A stretch of DNA of 64,000 nt from an uncultured virus (IMG/VR IMGVR_UViG_2663763181_000001) (taxonomy: Duplodnaviria; Heunggongvirae; Uroviricota; Caudoviricetes), in the IMG/VR virus record IMGVR_UViG_2663763181_000001; one strand, 5' to 3'. The number at the start of each line of letters is the position of its first letter. Positions within the stretch are counted from its first letter, which is position 1. This document shows positions 30,501-38,731 of the stretch, one piece after another. The notes beneath the pieces were generated by a model that saw only the letters and a program-made list of their open reading frames with translations, searched no databases and was not told the origin of the DNA. A program made the position numbers and the translations under genes.

Positions 30501-31162
30501 ATATTTTCAATTAACTTTTCTACTTCTTTTACTTTTTCTTCAATCGCTTGATTAGCTTGCTCGTTATTTTCAATCTTTTCCCCTTGTTCTTTTAATTCGT
30601 CCTTAAGCCCTTCTAACTTATCAAGAGCGTCTTTAAATGCACCCTCAATAGCTTTAGGGTCAATAGGCACACCCGCAACCGTAAGCGTTGTGCCAACGGC
30701 CATACTACCCGCTACAGAACTATTGCCAGCTACTGAAGTATTACCCACTACAGTGCTATTTCCCGTTAATGTGCTATTACCAGTTTGTTGAGTATTAGCT
30801 TGTACATTCATTAACGGCGTTTTGATCGAAACGGTTGTGCCAGAATCTACTTTTAAATTTTCTTTAGAGATAAATTCAATATTGTCTTGTCGAATACGGC
30901 GCACACCTACAATCGCGCCGTCTCCGTGACTAACATAACTATGGATTACTGGACGTTCTTCATTACCATTTTCAAAGAAGACATAGACGTCTTCCCCATC
31001 CACAATTTGAATTTCTGTATCTAAATCACTATCGCCGACTGGATACGCAAAAGTTGCTGTAATTCCTTCACTCGCGCCATCAGTTAAACCATGAATGTGT
31101 ACTTGTGCAGTACGACCTTTTGCGTTGTAACTTAAAATCTTTGCACGTTTTAAACCATTCAT
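21584..31162 (-). CDS. Giant central spike/tail fibre (3192 aa): gpV/gp5-like N-terminus, coiled coils, carbohydrate-binding-like modules, ILEI-like domain, J/DUF1983-like C-terminus
   Basis: OB-fold spike start (VYVFFENGNEERPVI), GNS(T/V) beta-helix repeats, RDAYILIGQKG, FQADRIFF..PFII, VRVKLGLW terminus. Confidence 0.8.
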   Translation of the reverse strand: MNGLKRAKILSYNAKGRTAQVHIHGLTDGASEGITATFAYPVGDSDLDTEIQIVDGEDVYVFFENGNEERPVIHSYVSHGDGAIVGVRRIRQDNIEFISKENLKVDSGTTVSIKTPLMNVQANTQQTGNSTLTGNSTVVGNTSVAGNSSVAGSMAVGTTLTVAGVPIDPKAIEGAFKDALDKLEGLKDELKEQGEKIENNEQANQAIEEKVKEVEKLIENIKDSDAYKLLEEGINHIDEEVQKIHDQVKEVGQIAQSKVDEVRAYIDQEIIDTKQIVEQHVSDANIRLDEANQRIDQSIQANEALVADAQQRAIRAEKELDDKIGFIKRETDSIIADVRSDSNEIRLVAENAKKIADQEVLDRKKQAADTLNVIDQTKAALKQDIDQNLVKAGQMIDDAKLALGEETNTLINQKIEPVVTQTEAAVKKVDQIAAQYIDLDKKVDSGFLAEAEARANDKEALTQSFELKFAEMQNEFGKSNALISEEIKTLAAQDKAFTEQISTAQSQIGDNKTAINKVERTVSDLNQSIAEKTSQIESTLKNSQEQIEGNAANIEKVESSVKLVDEKVVSEAKKLEELKTDFNSNKTKTESDIATIAQSVSDGDKALSLRIDQTKAALEEADRKSNANILEVTESLTELEQSTASKFSELNTSISKENLKVQGQITDVQKSVSTLESNTNTSINGLSSSLKTTDDLAKLAFDNAAEAQQTGTTAVKATEALSQNLLSLKSQTQVTSGVRAVVTTKGIDDWTRWRTTAEVKVIQDSDALGGYILELGNNADNDETWVHWNEFVKINPDTLYRVRARFRRVLGENGSIYLGVACKNADQSKYVTTTNTLAGDMGSSNYLLSAIKPNLGEWQEVVLYMKGKSTGAATGLGTIDNPRTFPAQAEFYAPIFIANYNFQTGICQLNYIIVEDNNSLASANDATATANDLFKTATNRTEAEAERTSKLETRMQNAETGIQSNAQALLKTATKSDLESAMGRVSTDITAAVDNLKIGGVNAVANSEAPRTSTATTSREYLMYERSKELKVFYDENLDKPVTISFEVSVPVAGSVQVYSSNGSAHFFTTSVTVTKANEFQKFAVTVFPKFNTGSSTESTIEFYGTYGSGRIPTIQKLQIEAGNKPTAWSPSPRDTQSSLNANAEAIKITQAEVKKHGETLSSQSLDISKLRNDLNLTNNEVNKKASSEALEATKSDVTEQAGQIKAVTEQATALSASLSRAAAAGSNLLIQSNVVGKYNGTSYPHLSYKLGEDWEVGAKYTLMWCAEHQRNGADTNSNLAVYAGGGQQALQSVVNTNGKVINKITFVKNNQVIEKRALNFYMINSPTAAQGSVGTVYWAVLVRGDLITTESWIPSAYDYNAAVDQVNANFNDFKQTYVTEKEALTKRTSSLETGLSNAEKNIDNTAKALQNYATTAKLDEATANQTNQLNAQIKNVKASIESANDSDSLLPDFNLKNPEDWINYYSYDLKIHFKTTNTGKVGNTVFRKDSSNQAGCWIYSRKALPTNRSYKVSFWVRRSADSTGDCSITAMYGKADGSFSNATITASAIALIRIPANEEWVYIEQVVTFNTHPQMKLGFALGHNGSGGWWELQAYRVNSVFTDKDVDTSLVRATQLQNYSTTADTNKAVAAATDALEAKFKQKFGNLWTDSSATLDSTRYTKAETNKAIAEESKILKATISSSGGDNLIKNGDFYAPFSISNWRQNAVVEGNVLEVFKDAYGANWGRFRSTNSSTYFKGFIESITIADGLEINQTYTLSLKAKALTAAQKTLLLIIHRYDGSSNNQVVNEWNIATDKEVLCTYTFDTNINNLQYINIILCAQVGYAPDFLIREVQLEKGELATGFRKNPREIEKGLEANSLAITGTKTDVQKNLEKIQVLTENYTTLKSTVDTNKLTVDGKFQEINSTISDNQQNITQSINSLDSNYKQLNQDLGQVFNYRVYSSGWNNDFTGIKNLKGETISVASNRGFSVHVLAADGSIATSTRYDTYGDPANAVAMSNAINEIPKDTFVIITNYDYIAMNLNTVKAALLSLGANQFTLDQITGRDAYILIGQKGIGAGRGIELHAIPDSGLNGAKQIMVAVQVVSGIPLGLANNSGNLQKVLENHAQILQQKITRSDAKEVFAEEIKSFSAKLDTIQYAEDNWILLGDETKTLNVSTGTNQTFPVWELQYKIKELPIAKGDPVVIRIKYNASAGLIGAVCTIQFHGAVYGLGLPLFTVQASGELELTGIFPSDVKATNFEFVPLGLRFDNAPSAGTFSVSNIFISRGNSAPNFKGGFKTTLKQNAKFVEDTFINADVNKGVIAQQIQQYDASVPGGLSTVLKTTKAAADQTSKDLINLRNNDITQLQTSTDNLGSALENTTKLAMMITNGKLLYGDVNFKKGMNNVGTYNNLGNGTVSVTREAKSADNPTTSTHELRIVTTGSASPNFGGFHQQFFTRSNAIFIIKYLIKLPIGYKLYPAANLMGDGSVDKFIGSTDGTGRFEVYVRMVKSGATGRFDTSGFVHVAGGPAPTPESPLSWTLAQIECYDVTDYASADPNLQDFVSTATESLGTLTNFKETWASKLTEMSSKLDRTNSAYILNSDLTNTNIERAIAASSNQLKSEYIDPLQKNTESLKENILTNVDLSGLNPDIYYPVIFQLATGKQKYDFKVFCTLGGQNNSNVPWATHGTRSFGLNCEWSVTANGWGTQAENRIIDKFSFSWTAQSPLINIKQMPNSSIETVFLRGGARYDISHYKTITPLIKTESFTALGQSIEPIQYNSSLVPVPIFAEIVKAQDTAAAASRTVADIQRDYVTSSKLNEAVASSSERLSALYSANSQTIMASALQTFEIDWINRTPSGSRIGMRLIEDQTCRGGYALRMGDNSGNDEIWLNWFSTLPIDDNKMYRIKYRYRRVSGAGVVYVGATCFNAAKSAFITDTNYINGDIGSSHYVVGGAAPALGSWVTGVAYFKGRSAGASSGAGTLTNPKTFANKAAFFTPVFIGNYAAQAGEVDLDYIDIEDADNIAEFESFKTTYTTDVGAYAGSLQTLTSVYGPNAINLKSQVDLINGMKGKYVMGMDNNGVFSGLSMVSEQNNGTVQTSIGFQADRIFFTTGTSSTKYMPFIIQDNQVIMNSDVFIKNLTAANFKAKSLTAELFKVDKLSAIAGELGTLTTYKDPAKPNGARMVLSGSLITVYDDNNVVRVKLGLW

Positions 31163-31171
31163 ATATTTGAC

Positions 31172-32065
31172 CTACAAATTAGCAATCCAGAACTTTGATG
31201 AAGTCCCCATTGATCCCCCGATTGCGCCTGTATCTATATGATGTGCAGCAGTTAAAACGACATACTTCTTACTATCTATTTCGAATATATCGCCTGCATT
31301 CCAGTTCAAATTTAGTGGTCTAATAATGGTCCCGCGCATGATCAAAACTTTTTCCAAGTTTTTGACTTGTCGGGCATCTAAACCAGCTCTTTGCGTCACA
31401 GTGTGGCCTGGGGTTATTGAGTCATCACCAACAACCGTTGAACCGTTATTCTCAACTGTGACAAAAGATGATTTTTGCATCAGTTCCAAAGGTTTACTGG
31501 ATATCCAAACGACACTGCTAGGATCTAGTTTTGTGATAGGTTCCTTTTTAAAGAAAGAATCAATTTTTTGAGCAGACACTTTATTATTTTGAAAGCAAAT
31601 TACAGCCGCTTCTTGTTGTAGATAATGAGCCAAGCGCTGTGTAGGCATACTACCCTTTAAACAAACAAATTTAGGCAAAGGTAAATCACTGCCCAGACTG
31701 ATCGTTGCACCACAAGCTCGAATTACTGAATTAAAAGAAGTTTCATTACTAATAATTGCTTGCTTTGAATATTCAATAAGTCTTTTACAACCAGCCAAAA
31801 TACCAATACATGAGATGCCACCTACTCGCCGATCTTGTTTAATAGTCTGAGTTTTTAGAGGGGTTACTTTGATAAGTTCGAAAGGATGAGATATGTCATT
31901 TACAGTAAGTAGCTCCCCTTCTTTTAAAAGGGAGTCTAATTCAGTAGTAGATTGAACTGTGAACTCAATGGATGCAGGAATAGGTACGAGATCAGTTCTT
32001 AAAGTTGCACTAATCAGCTCAGATGCTGGAATAATTTTACCCGCAGATACAATGGTGATTTGCAT
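31172..32065 (-). CDS. Putative baseplate hub protein
   Basis: Directly upstream of the spike gene; C-terminal AGDIF....YVVLTAAHH pattern. Confidence 0.5.
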   Translation of the reverse strand: MQITIVSAGKIIPASELISATLRTDLVPIPASIEFTVQSTTELDSLLKEGELLTVNDISHPFELIKVTPLKTQTIKQDRRVGGISCIGILAGCKRLIEYSKQAIISNETSFNSVIRACGATISLGSDLPLPKFVCLKGSMPTQRLAHYLQQEAAVICFQNNKVSAQKIDSFFKKEPITKLDPSSVVWISSKPLELMQKSSFVTVENNGSTVVGDDSITPGHTVTQRAGLDARQVKNLEKVLIMRGTIIRPLNLNWNAGDIFEIDSKKYVVLTAAHHIDTGAIGGSMGTSSKFWIANL

Positions 32066-32514
32066 TAACGGTTCCCCAAGTTAAAATTAAAACTAATTGG
32101 GGCCATACAAAACGCAAGTTTAGGCAAAGCGTCTTTCTTTTCATTATAGTTCTGTTGAGCTTCTGATACAGATAGCCCATAACTTTCGACTCCGAGCCCA
32201 CGAGTAGCTTCAACCAATCTAGCTTGCAAAAGATCACAGTGAGCTTTTACTAATGGTTGGATGATTACGTACTCATCACCGCTTAGTACGATAGTTTCAT
32301 TCAGTTCAATACTCGTGGTAGCTTTAGTTTGACAATCTAAAACAGCCCATCCGGCATAATATTTTGCCTCATCTAAAAATGCTTTCACGATATCATCAAG
32401 CAAAATTGAATAGCCCGATAATTGATATTCTTTATAGAGTTCTTCTGAAAGTTGCTGGATAGAACCAGCAACTACAGCATAACCTTCAGATTCAGGTAAT
32501 AACTTCATAGCCAT
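32065..32514 (-). CDS. Hypothetical virion morphogenesis protein
   Basis: Translationally coupled within the tail operon. Confidence 0.6.
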   Translation of the reverse strand: MAMKLLPESEGYAVVAGSIQQLSEELYKEYQLSGYSILLDDIVKAFLDEAKYYAGWAVLDCQTKATTSIELNETIVLSGDEYVIIQPLVKAHCDLLQARLVEATRGLGVESYGLSVSEAQQNYNEKKDALPKLAFCMAPISFNFNLGNR

Positions 32515-33161
32515 TACCCAAATAGATTGCCCAGTTGACGACCAACGCCTTGCACAGCATTTGCAAGATTAGTTGCTTGTTGAGCAGTATTGATCACTTG
32601 CTGAACTCGATTAACAAGCTCAGCTGTACCATCAATTTCTTTTTTACCCGGCTGAATACTGCCGTTGGTACCAATGTTTGCGAAGCTACCAAAGTAGTTA
32701 TAGTCGATTGGGCAAGAAACTGTCATTACTTGTGATCGGCTATCAGAATCGTATTCAGCAGATTCAAAACGAATAGCACAGTTTTCAAGTGCATATGAGC
32801 GGGTAAAACTTCCTAATCGGCCATCGTAATAATCACCATGGATTATTCCTCCACTAGCTACGACATATTCAGCTAGTAGTTGATCATGTCCTGCTTCAGT
32901 TACTAGGATTTGAAGGTTGCCTGTATAATGGGTTTTCGGGGGACCAGCAACAATTCCTGTAAAACCACCCGCATATTGAACTTCTGCTGGATCTTCATTA
33001 CTCACAATCGGACGTGGGCAACTTTTAAATAAGAAGCGAAGATCTTCCATGCCACGAGGAACAAACATCCCCTGACATGCTAATAAGGGGGAACCAAGTT
33101 GCTGTAGAGCAATGTAATCTTGTTTAAGCTGATTTAGTAAAATCGGATTAGATTGTTGCAT
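32514..33161 (-). CDS. Tail tube-like protein (P1 Tub-like)
   Basis: G..LL....F...G.ED...L.KS.P.P....ED pattern resembling P1 Tub from memory; start may be 33170. Confidence 0.55.
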   Translation of the reverse strand: MQQSNPILLNQLKQDYIALQQLGSPLLACQGMFVPRGMEDLRFLFKSCPRPIVSNEDPAEVQYAGGFTGIVAGPPKTHYTGNLQILVTEAGHDQLLAEYVVASGGIIHGDYYDGRLGSFTRSYALENCAIRFESAEYDSDSRSQVMTVSCPIDYNYFGSFANIGTNGSIQPGKKEIDGTAELVNRVQQVINTAQQATNLANAVQGVGRQLGNLFG

Positions 33162-33276
33162 ATTTCTCATGCTCAATAGCTTTAATATGACCCAAGATTA
33201 AAAGGTTATATCCACTTAAAATTTGATTGGTTCCATAAAAAAAGCCACCCTAAAAGTAGCTTTTTAAATCTGCTTT

Positions 33277-33555
33277 TTATCCAATATTTGGTGGTACTCG
33301 CAGAACCTGTAATGAAGGTACACCCCGATCTAGCGCATCTTGGACACAACGATAATCAGGATTATTTGGTTCATAACCAAGTTCACCACGGATATTACCC
33401 TTATGTATTGTCATCGGTGCATCAAAACGCCCACGCATAAAACGACCAATAATAATTGTGTCAGTTAATGATTGATTGGTCTTTGTTTCTGTTTTATCAG
33501 TTTTTTTCTGATATTGAATACCAGGCGCTTCACCTATGATTTGAGTTGTATTCAT
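33277..33555 (-). CDS. Small protein resembling a tail-sheath N-terminal domain
   Basis: APGIQY....DK...IIIGRF.RG..D.P..I.....LG; AAGGA RBS before ATG 33555. Confidence 0.55.
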   Translation of the reverse strand: MNTTQIIGEAPGIQYQKKTDKTETKTNQSLTDTIIIGRFMRGRFDAPMTIHKGNIRGELGYEPNNPDYRCVQDALDRGVPSLQVLRVPPNIG

Positions 33556-33617
33556 TAGTATTTCCTTAATTAAATGGATTATAGGTAAAGCCAAAAAATG
33601 ACCTTACCTATGAGTAA

Positions 33618-34385
33618 TTAGTAAATACCTAAGCGTTTACCTTTTTTGAATGAACGTAAACGCTTGTTGATTGCATTCGCAGTAAAAGCATGAAGTCGAG
33701 CTTTTTTCATACCAGCTTTTTGTGCTGCAGTTAAACGGACCTTTTGACCAGGTAATCGTTTATTCACAACGGTTTTGATACCTTGACGAATAGCCAGCAC
33801 ACCACGGTAGTGAATTTTTCGCCCATTTACTTTCCGTTGGCTAAATGCTCCATTTCGAGCTTTAATTTTTTTAGCCATTGAATCGAAACCTTCTTCAGTT
33901 TCATCTGCTTCACCGAAAATAAACTCTCGAACGAGTTCTTCAAGTTCTGGACCATCGTCTGGCATATTAGCAAGAACTGTATTGGCTGCTGCTTCTAACG
34001 CCGCATCAGCAACTTCTGTATCATCACTAAAGATCTCTTCAATATCAGAAGCGTCAACGCCAAATGTTAAGAAAGCATCGGAAAGAGACGCCATCAAAGC
34101 GTTTTCATAGATACCTTCTTCATCATCTGCACCATCTAATGCATCGACAATTAATGCGTCTAAATGATCAACGCCCAGTTCACCTTCTTCAAGCTTACCT
34201 TCACTGATTGTATCTACCGTATCGGATAGAATGTTCAGAGCAATTTGTCGTACTTGTTCAATCACAGATTGCTGTTCTCGATCAGTACTTGAAACCTTAC
34301 TTACAACGGTAGAAATATTCTCCGCTGCTGAATCAAAAGCACGTAAAGTTAATGGTTTTTCAGTAGTGGGTCCGAATGGATTCAT
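33618..34385 (-). CDS. Putative prohead core/scaffold-like protein
   Basis: Highly acidic body, very basic C-terminus, two FDS motifs. Confidence 0.45.
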   Translation of the reverse strand: MNPFGPTTEKPLTLRAFDSAAENISTVVSKVSSTDREQQSVIEQVRQIALNILSDTVDTISEGKLEEGELGVDHLDALIVDALDGADDEEGIYENALMASLSDAFLTFGVDASDIEEIFSDDTEVADAALEAAANTVLANMPDDGPELEELVREFIFGEADETEEGFDSMAKKIKARNGAFSQRKVNGRKIHYRGVLAIRQGIKTVVNKRLPGQKVRLTAAQKAGMKKARLHAFTANAINKRLRSFKKGKRLGIY

Positions 34386-34403
34386 CTTGATAGATCCTTA
34401 AAA

Positions 34404-35699
34404 TTATTTAACTAAAACGTCGTCATCAAAAATTGCGGCACGAGTTGTACCAACAACTCCATGGGCTAAATAGAGTCGTACACGCTCATATGGATAGTCT
34501 TTGTCAGGTATTAAACTGAACTCAAAAGGTTTACCCCCTAGATCTTCAGCCGGTTGTAACCAACCGGTTGTCTCACTAGAAGCGCCCTCTAAAAACTCTT
34601 GAATGTCATCACCAGCTTTTTTGATATAGTCCGGTGTAGCTTGGAACATATAAGTCCGCAGGATCTCGATACATTTATTCGTAACCCGAGCCGAAATCTC
34701 CGCGGCGGGAACTAAACGCAAAGCACTATTTTTGCTTTGGTATTGGGTAAGCACATCACTTAATACAAATAATGTAGTTTCAAACTTAACTGGACGAACT
34801 ACATTTACTTTAGCCTTAGCCAACATTTCTTGAGTCTGTTCATCTTCAAGATCAATATTCGGCATCTGGCTTAAGTTTTTTGCTGTAAAGGGATAATCTT
34901 TCCAAGCTACTGCATTTTTTAACGGCGCAAAGCCTTGTTTATTTAACTTTGCATTACGTAATAATTTATCGCCGATGTAATGGCCCAAATAATAAGCTGG
35001 TACCTTACGACCTCTTAGCGTGACAGCATCAGATGGGCGGCAAAGGTTCGGGCTCCAAATGAATTGAACAAACTGTGATTGAGCATCTACACTTGTCGCA
35101 AATTGAGCTGCTTGCTCAGCTGTAAAAGTTGGGTTGATTTCAGCATCCAAAGGAATACGTAATTTTGTAGCTGCACGTTGAGCCGCAACATAAATTGGTA
35201 AATCATGAGGATTTGGTAAAGTCAGATATGCTGGTGTGCTTAATTGGCTTGTCAGAATTTTATATAGTTCATCTGGATTAAATGACGGTAACGATTCGTC
35301 TTCCAATGCCAACGTTTTTGAAGCACGACCTAAGCTATTTGATTCGTTATAAGCATTAGATTTGAGAATTGCTTTTAACGCATCAATACCTAACGATAAA
35401 TCAAATCGCTCGAAATATTCTTTCGCATCAGCTACAGCAACAATCGAAGCGGAATTTTCAATGTCTCCATCTACTAATCCCTGAACAGTAACAATTTGGT
35501 CACCAGTTACCGCATCACGTATTTCTAAACGCATAGAAATATCTGCAGGTCCACGTGGGCTTGAAACTTTCGCAAAAAATGCCACATTGATTTCTACACT
35601 AGCAAGATAACTGTATGTATCAAATTCTAATTTGAGTGATGGACTGTCCCCTGCTACAAGGGATAGCTCACCTGTACTTGATAGAGCAAGTATATTCAT
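34404..35699 (-). CDS. Tail sheath-like protein
   Basis: C-terminal LAKAKVNVV..DVLT...SALRLV...FL...GWL pattern of contractile sheaths. Confidence 0.55.
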   Translation of the reverse strand: MNILALSSTGELSLVAGDSPSLKLEFDTYSYLASVEINVAFFAKVSSPRGPADISMRLEIRDAVTGDQIVTVQGLVDGDIENSASIVAVADAKEYFERFDLSLGIDALKAILKSNAYNESNSLGRASKTLALEDESLPSFNPDELYKILTSQLSTPAYLTLPNPHDLPIYVAAQRAATKLRIPLDAEINPTFTAEQAAQFATSVDAQSQFVQFIWSPNLCRPSDAVTLRGRKVPAYYLGHYIGDKLLRNAKLNKQGFAPLKNAVAWKDYPFTAKNLSQMPNIDLEDEQTQEMLAKAKVNVVRPVKFETTLFVLSDVLTQYQSKNSALRLVPAAEISARVTNKCIEILRTYMFQATPDYIKKAGDDIQEFLEGASSETTGWLQPAEDLGGKPFEFSLIPDKDYPYERVRLYLAHGVVGTTRAAIFDDDVLVK

Positions 35700-35777
35700 T
35701 ACATTACACGCCCAAGGCTATTTGTTTTAAGTATTTTGAGCCGTGGGAGTTTTTGATTTTCTGGCTAGTTCCAATGT

Positions 35778-35803
35778 AAAAAAACCACTCGAAAGTGGTT
35801 TTT
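35778..35803. terminator. Intrinsic terminator after the capsid operon
   Basis: AAAAAAACCACT-CGAA-AGTGGTTTTTT. Confidence 0.75.
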
Positions 35804-35816
35804 TATTTCCTAAATT

Positions 35817-36104
35817 TTATAATCCGCTAGCAAGTTCCGTAGGCTCTTCTGCCTCAGTAGGTACAATTTGAAGTACATTACCTTTCAAGCCATTAATTTG
35901 ATCTAGGTTATCTAACAATTGTTTATGAGCTTCGTCACCAATCAAAGTGAATGTGACCTTTTGACTAGCTTGTACTAAAACTTGTGTAAATGGTTCGGTA
36001 ATGTCACTTAAACCGTTATTTTGAAGTGTAATACTTCGTTCAGTAGGATGATCACCTACAGCATCCATAATTGGGTTCGTGCCATCAATAATGAAAATAG
36101 TCAT
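35817..36104 (-). CDS. Putative head decoration protein
   Basis: Downstream of MCP; paralogous to the C-terminal domain of 36109-36735. Confidence 0.5.
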   Translation of the reverse strand: MTIFIIDGTNPIMDAVGDHPTERSITLQNNGLSDITEPFTQVLVQASQKVTFTLIGDEAHKQLLDNLDQINGLKGNVLQIVPTEAEEPTELASGL

Positions 36105-36108
36105 CTTG

Positions 36109-36735
36109 TTACTCAACAGTTAGATTCTTACCAAGCCCCTTCAACTGACGTAAGTTTTCCAGTACTTGATGTTTAAATGTTTGGTTATGACACGTAATAC
36201 TTGCTGTTTTACCTGCCTCAATAGCAACACGTGATAACGGTTCTAAAACTGTTGAAAATCCGTTATTAGTAATTTTAATAACTAGCGGATCCACGCTACT
36301 CCCACCTGATACTGTTAACAAATCCGTAATGGGAGTATTAACTTTAGAAGTATCAGTTTCTTTAAGGACATGATCCGATTCATTCCCCACATCATCACCA
36401 GACTTACCACCATTAGAATCTAGATCATTTGAAGGTTTGACAGAATCATTCGATGTTTCAGTTGGATTTCCATTTTCTTGAGTATTGGACTCTTCATTAT
36501 CTGAATCGCCATTTTTCAAATCAGTAGGTTTATTACCTTCATCTTGAGATGCGCCGTCTTCAGGACCTTGGCTATTTAACAAATCACCTTGGTCTGAAGC
36601 TTTTTCATCACCAGCTTGGGTATTCTGTGTTTCTGTAGTTTTATTGGTTTTATTACGTGTGTTTTTTGGTTTAGTAGTCGCTTGTTCGTCAGTTGAAGCT
36701 AAAGTTTCGTCAGTGTTTTGTGTTGCAGCAGCCAT
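36109..36735 (-). CDS. Putative head decoration/accessory protein with disordered acidic N-terminus
   Basis: Directly follows MCP; AAGGA RBS. Confidence 0.55.
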   Translation of the reverse strand: MAAATQNTDETLASTDEQATTKPKNTRNKTNKTTETQNTQAGDEKASDQGDLLNSQGPEDGASQDEGNKPTDLKNGDSDNEESNTQENGNPTETSNDSVKPSNDLDSNGGKSGDDVGNESDHVLKETDTSKVNTPITDLLTVSGGSSVDPLVIKITNNGFSTVLEPLSRVAIEAGKTASITCHNQTFKHQVLENLRQLKGLGKNLTVE

Positions 36736-36798
36736 GAGATTTTCCTTTCAATAAATAGGGTAAAAAGGCGCATCGAAATGCGCCCTTATCTGTTTTAC

Positions 36799-38577
36799 TT
36801 ACGAATTTTTGAGAGATGGCATATTGATACAGTGGATGACATAGCTTTGATCAGCATAACGTTCTAACGGGTTCATTTCGGCTGCTTGAGCACCGATTAA
36901 AGTAAGTACTGATTCACGCGCATCTGGTCGAGTTTCAATAACTGAAAGAGGCGTTTGAATAAAGCCAACGAACGGCGCACGAATTGGCTCATTACCACGA
37001 CCAACTAAAAGCATATCAAACGCTGTATCTGCTTCAGCTACAAGCTCTTGTGCTGTCGGTGCGTGGTAAACGTTTGTACCATCTGCAAGAGTACCAATAC
37101 GGACAATTTGACCATAACCAGCAGTGTATCCGGTTTTAACTGGCATCTTGTCGCTTGACAGTTGATTAAAGAATACTGACCCAGTATCGCCAACATATAA
37201 GTCAAATGCTACGGTAGAGCCACCAGTACGTTGGTTAATATCCAATTTGGCCGCTGCAATAAATTTATTTACTTCCGCAAACAAGTCACCTGAAGTATTA
37301 AATGCAGCTGCTAATTTTCCAGTCACACCACGAGAAGCATCAAAAGTAACTTCACGAGCGGAGTATTCAGCTAAATCTTTTGCTTCACCTAATAAACGTA
37401 CAGTTTGTTCTAAGAAGATTTTACCTTGAACAATTGCTAAAGCCTGACCCAGAAAACCAAGCTTAAGTTCGTTAGTTAACTGAGATTGTAATAGTGTTGA
37501 AGCTGTTACCCGTGCCATGATAGGTGACGCAATCAATGTTTCATATTCAGGTTCGAAATCAACACCAACTGGGGTTAATAGATAGTTATCATTACCATCA
37601 CGCGCATCAAAATCCGCCACAAGATGAACTTCAATTTTCGCACCAACTGGTAATGCTTCATTTAATGTCACGCTAATTTTGCTAGCTGAAATGTCAATTT
37701 CGCTACCAACTACACGATATTCAACGCCGTTTACTACTACGTCTTTCTCAGCAATAGCAGAAATCTTGCCTGAAAATTTTGATTTACTGCGATTTCGAGT
37801 ATGCGCAACTTCTTTACCATTGATCTTAATAGATACATTACCCGCAATAAATGGCAATAAACTCGCTTTGGCATCAGGTGTTTTAGCCTTGAAGTCTTCA
37901 TAACCTGTTCGTGCAGTCACAGTATAAGTTGTACCTGCGCCACCATTAGACAATGCAAAACGGAATCGTCCTTCAACATAAGGCTTAGAAGCATTTGCAC
38001 CATCTAAGTATTCTGATTTCTTCATTGCACCAAAATCACGGTTGGTGATAAAGCGAATAGATACAATCGGTACTTCATTTGAGCTATTAGAGTTGGGAAT
38101 CATAGCAACGATAGGTGTTGCATAAGCGATAACGTTGGCGATAGTAGCAACTGTAATTGCTGGAACGATGCTTACAGATTCATGATGCTGGTGATTTACA
38201 TCATCAAAACCAGATTCATTAATACTATCGTAATAGCTAAGGGTCTCAGCAGGCAAAGCAGATGCTTGTTTCGCACCACTTAAACCAGCAGATAATGCAG
38301 CTGCAATGATTGAAGGATGTGGTAATTCACCCCCATGGCGTGCTTGATATTGTGATACCCCAAACATCACAGCTTTATCAACTTCTGGCGCATAATCCAT
38401 GCCAATTGAATCAAAAATTGCTTTTAATACTTCTGGGTAATCTTCTGCAGCTGTTTGAGCACTATCAAACCCATTTTCAAGCTCATCAGGACTTTTGAAA
38501 TAGTAATTTCGGCACTGAACAGTAGCTAGTTGTTGAGCATCATACTTTTTACGAATTTCTTCTGTTAACACAGTCAT
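36799..38577 (-). CDS. Major capsid protein (P1 gp23-like)
   Basis: 592 aa; own late promoter and downstream hairpin; YQARHGGELPHPS N-terminal pattern like P1-type capsids. Confidence 0.65.
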   Translation of the reverse strand: MTVLTEEIRKKYDAQQLATVQCRNYYFKSPDELENGFDSAQTAAEDYPEVLKAIFDSIGMDYAPEVDKAVMFGVSQYQARHGGELPHPSIIAAALSAGLSGAKQASALPAETLSYYDSINESGFDDVNHQHHESVSIVPAITVATIANVIAYATPIVAMIPNSNSSNEVPIVSIRFITNRDFGAMKKSEYLDGANASKPYVEGRFRFALSNGGAGTTYTVTARTGYEDFKAKTPDAKASLLPFIAGNVSIKINGKEVAHTRNRSKSKFSGKISAIAEKDVVVNGVEYRVVGSEIDISASKISVTLNEALPVGAKIEVHLVADFDARDGNDNYLLTPVGVDFEPEYETLIASPIMARVTASTLLQSQLTNELKLGFLGQALAIVQGKIFLEQTVRLLGEAKDLAEYSAREVTFDASRGVTGKLAAAFNTSGDLFAEVNKFIAAAKLDINQRTGGSTVAFDLYVGDTGSVFFNQLSSDKMPVKTGYTAGYGQIVRIGTLADGTNVYHAPTAQELVAEADTAFDMLLVGRGNEPIRAPFVGFIQTPLSVIETRPDARESVLTLIGAQAAEMNPLERYADQSYVIHCINMPSLKNS

Positions 38578-38731
38578 TTTAAACCAGCCTTTGGCTTTCT
38601 ATGTAAGATGCAGAAAGTCTGACATGGCCTATTTTTACTAAAGCTGGTCGGTTCCAAACATAAAAAAGTCCCCAAAATTGAGGACAAAGAAAATGTAGCT
38701 AAAGGACCATCTCAGCCCTTTATTTATATAG

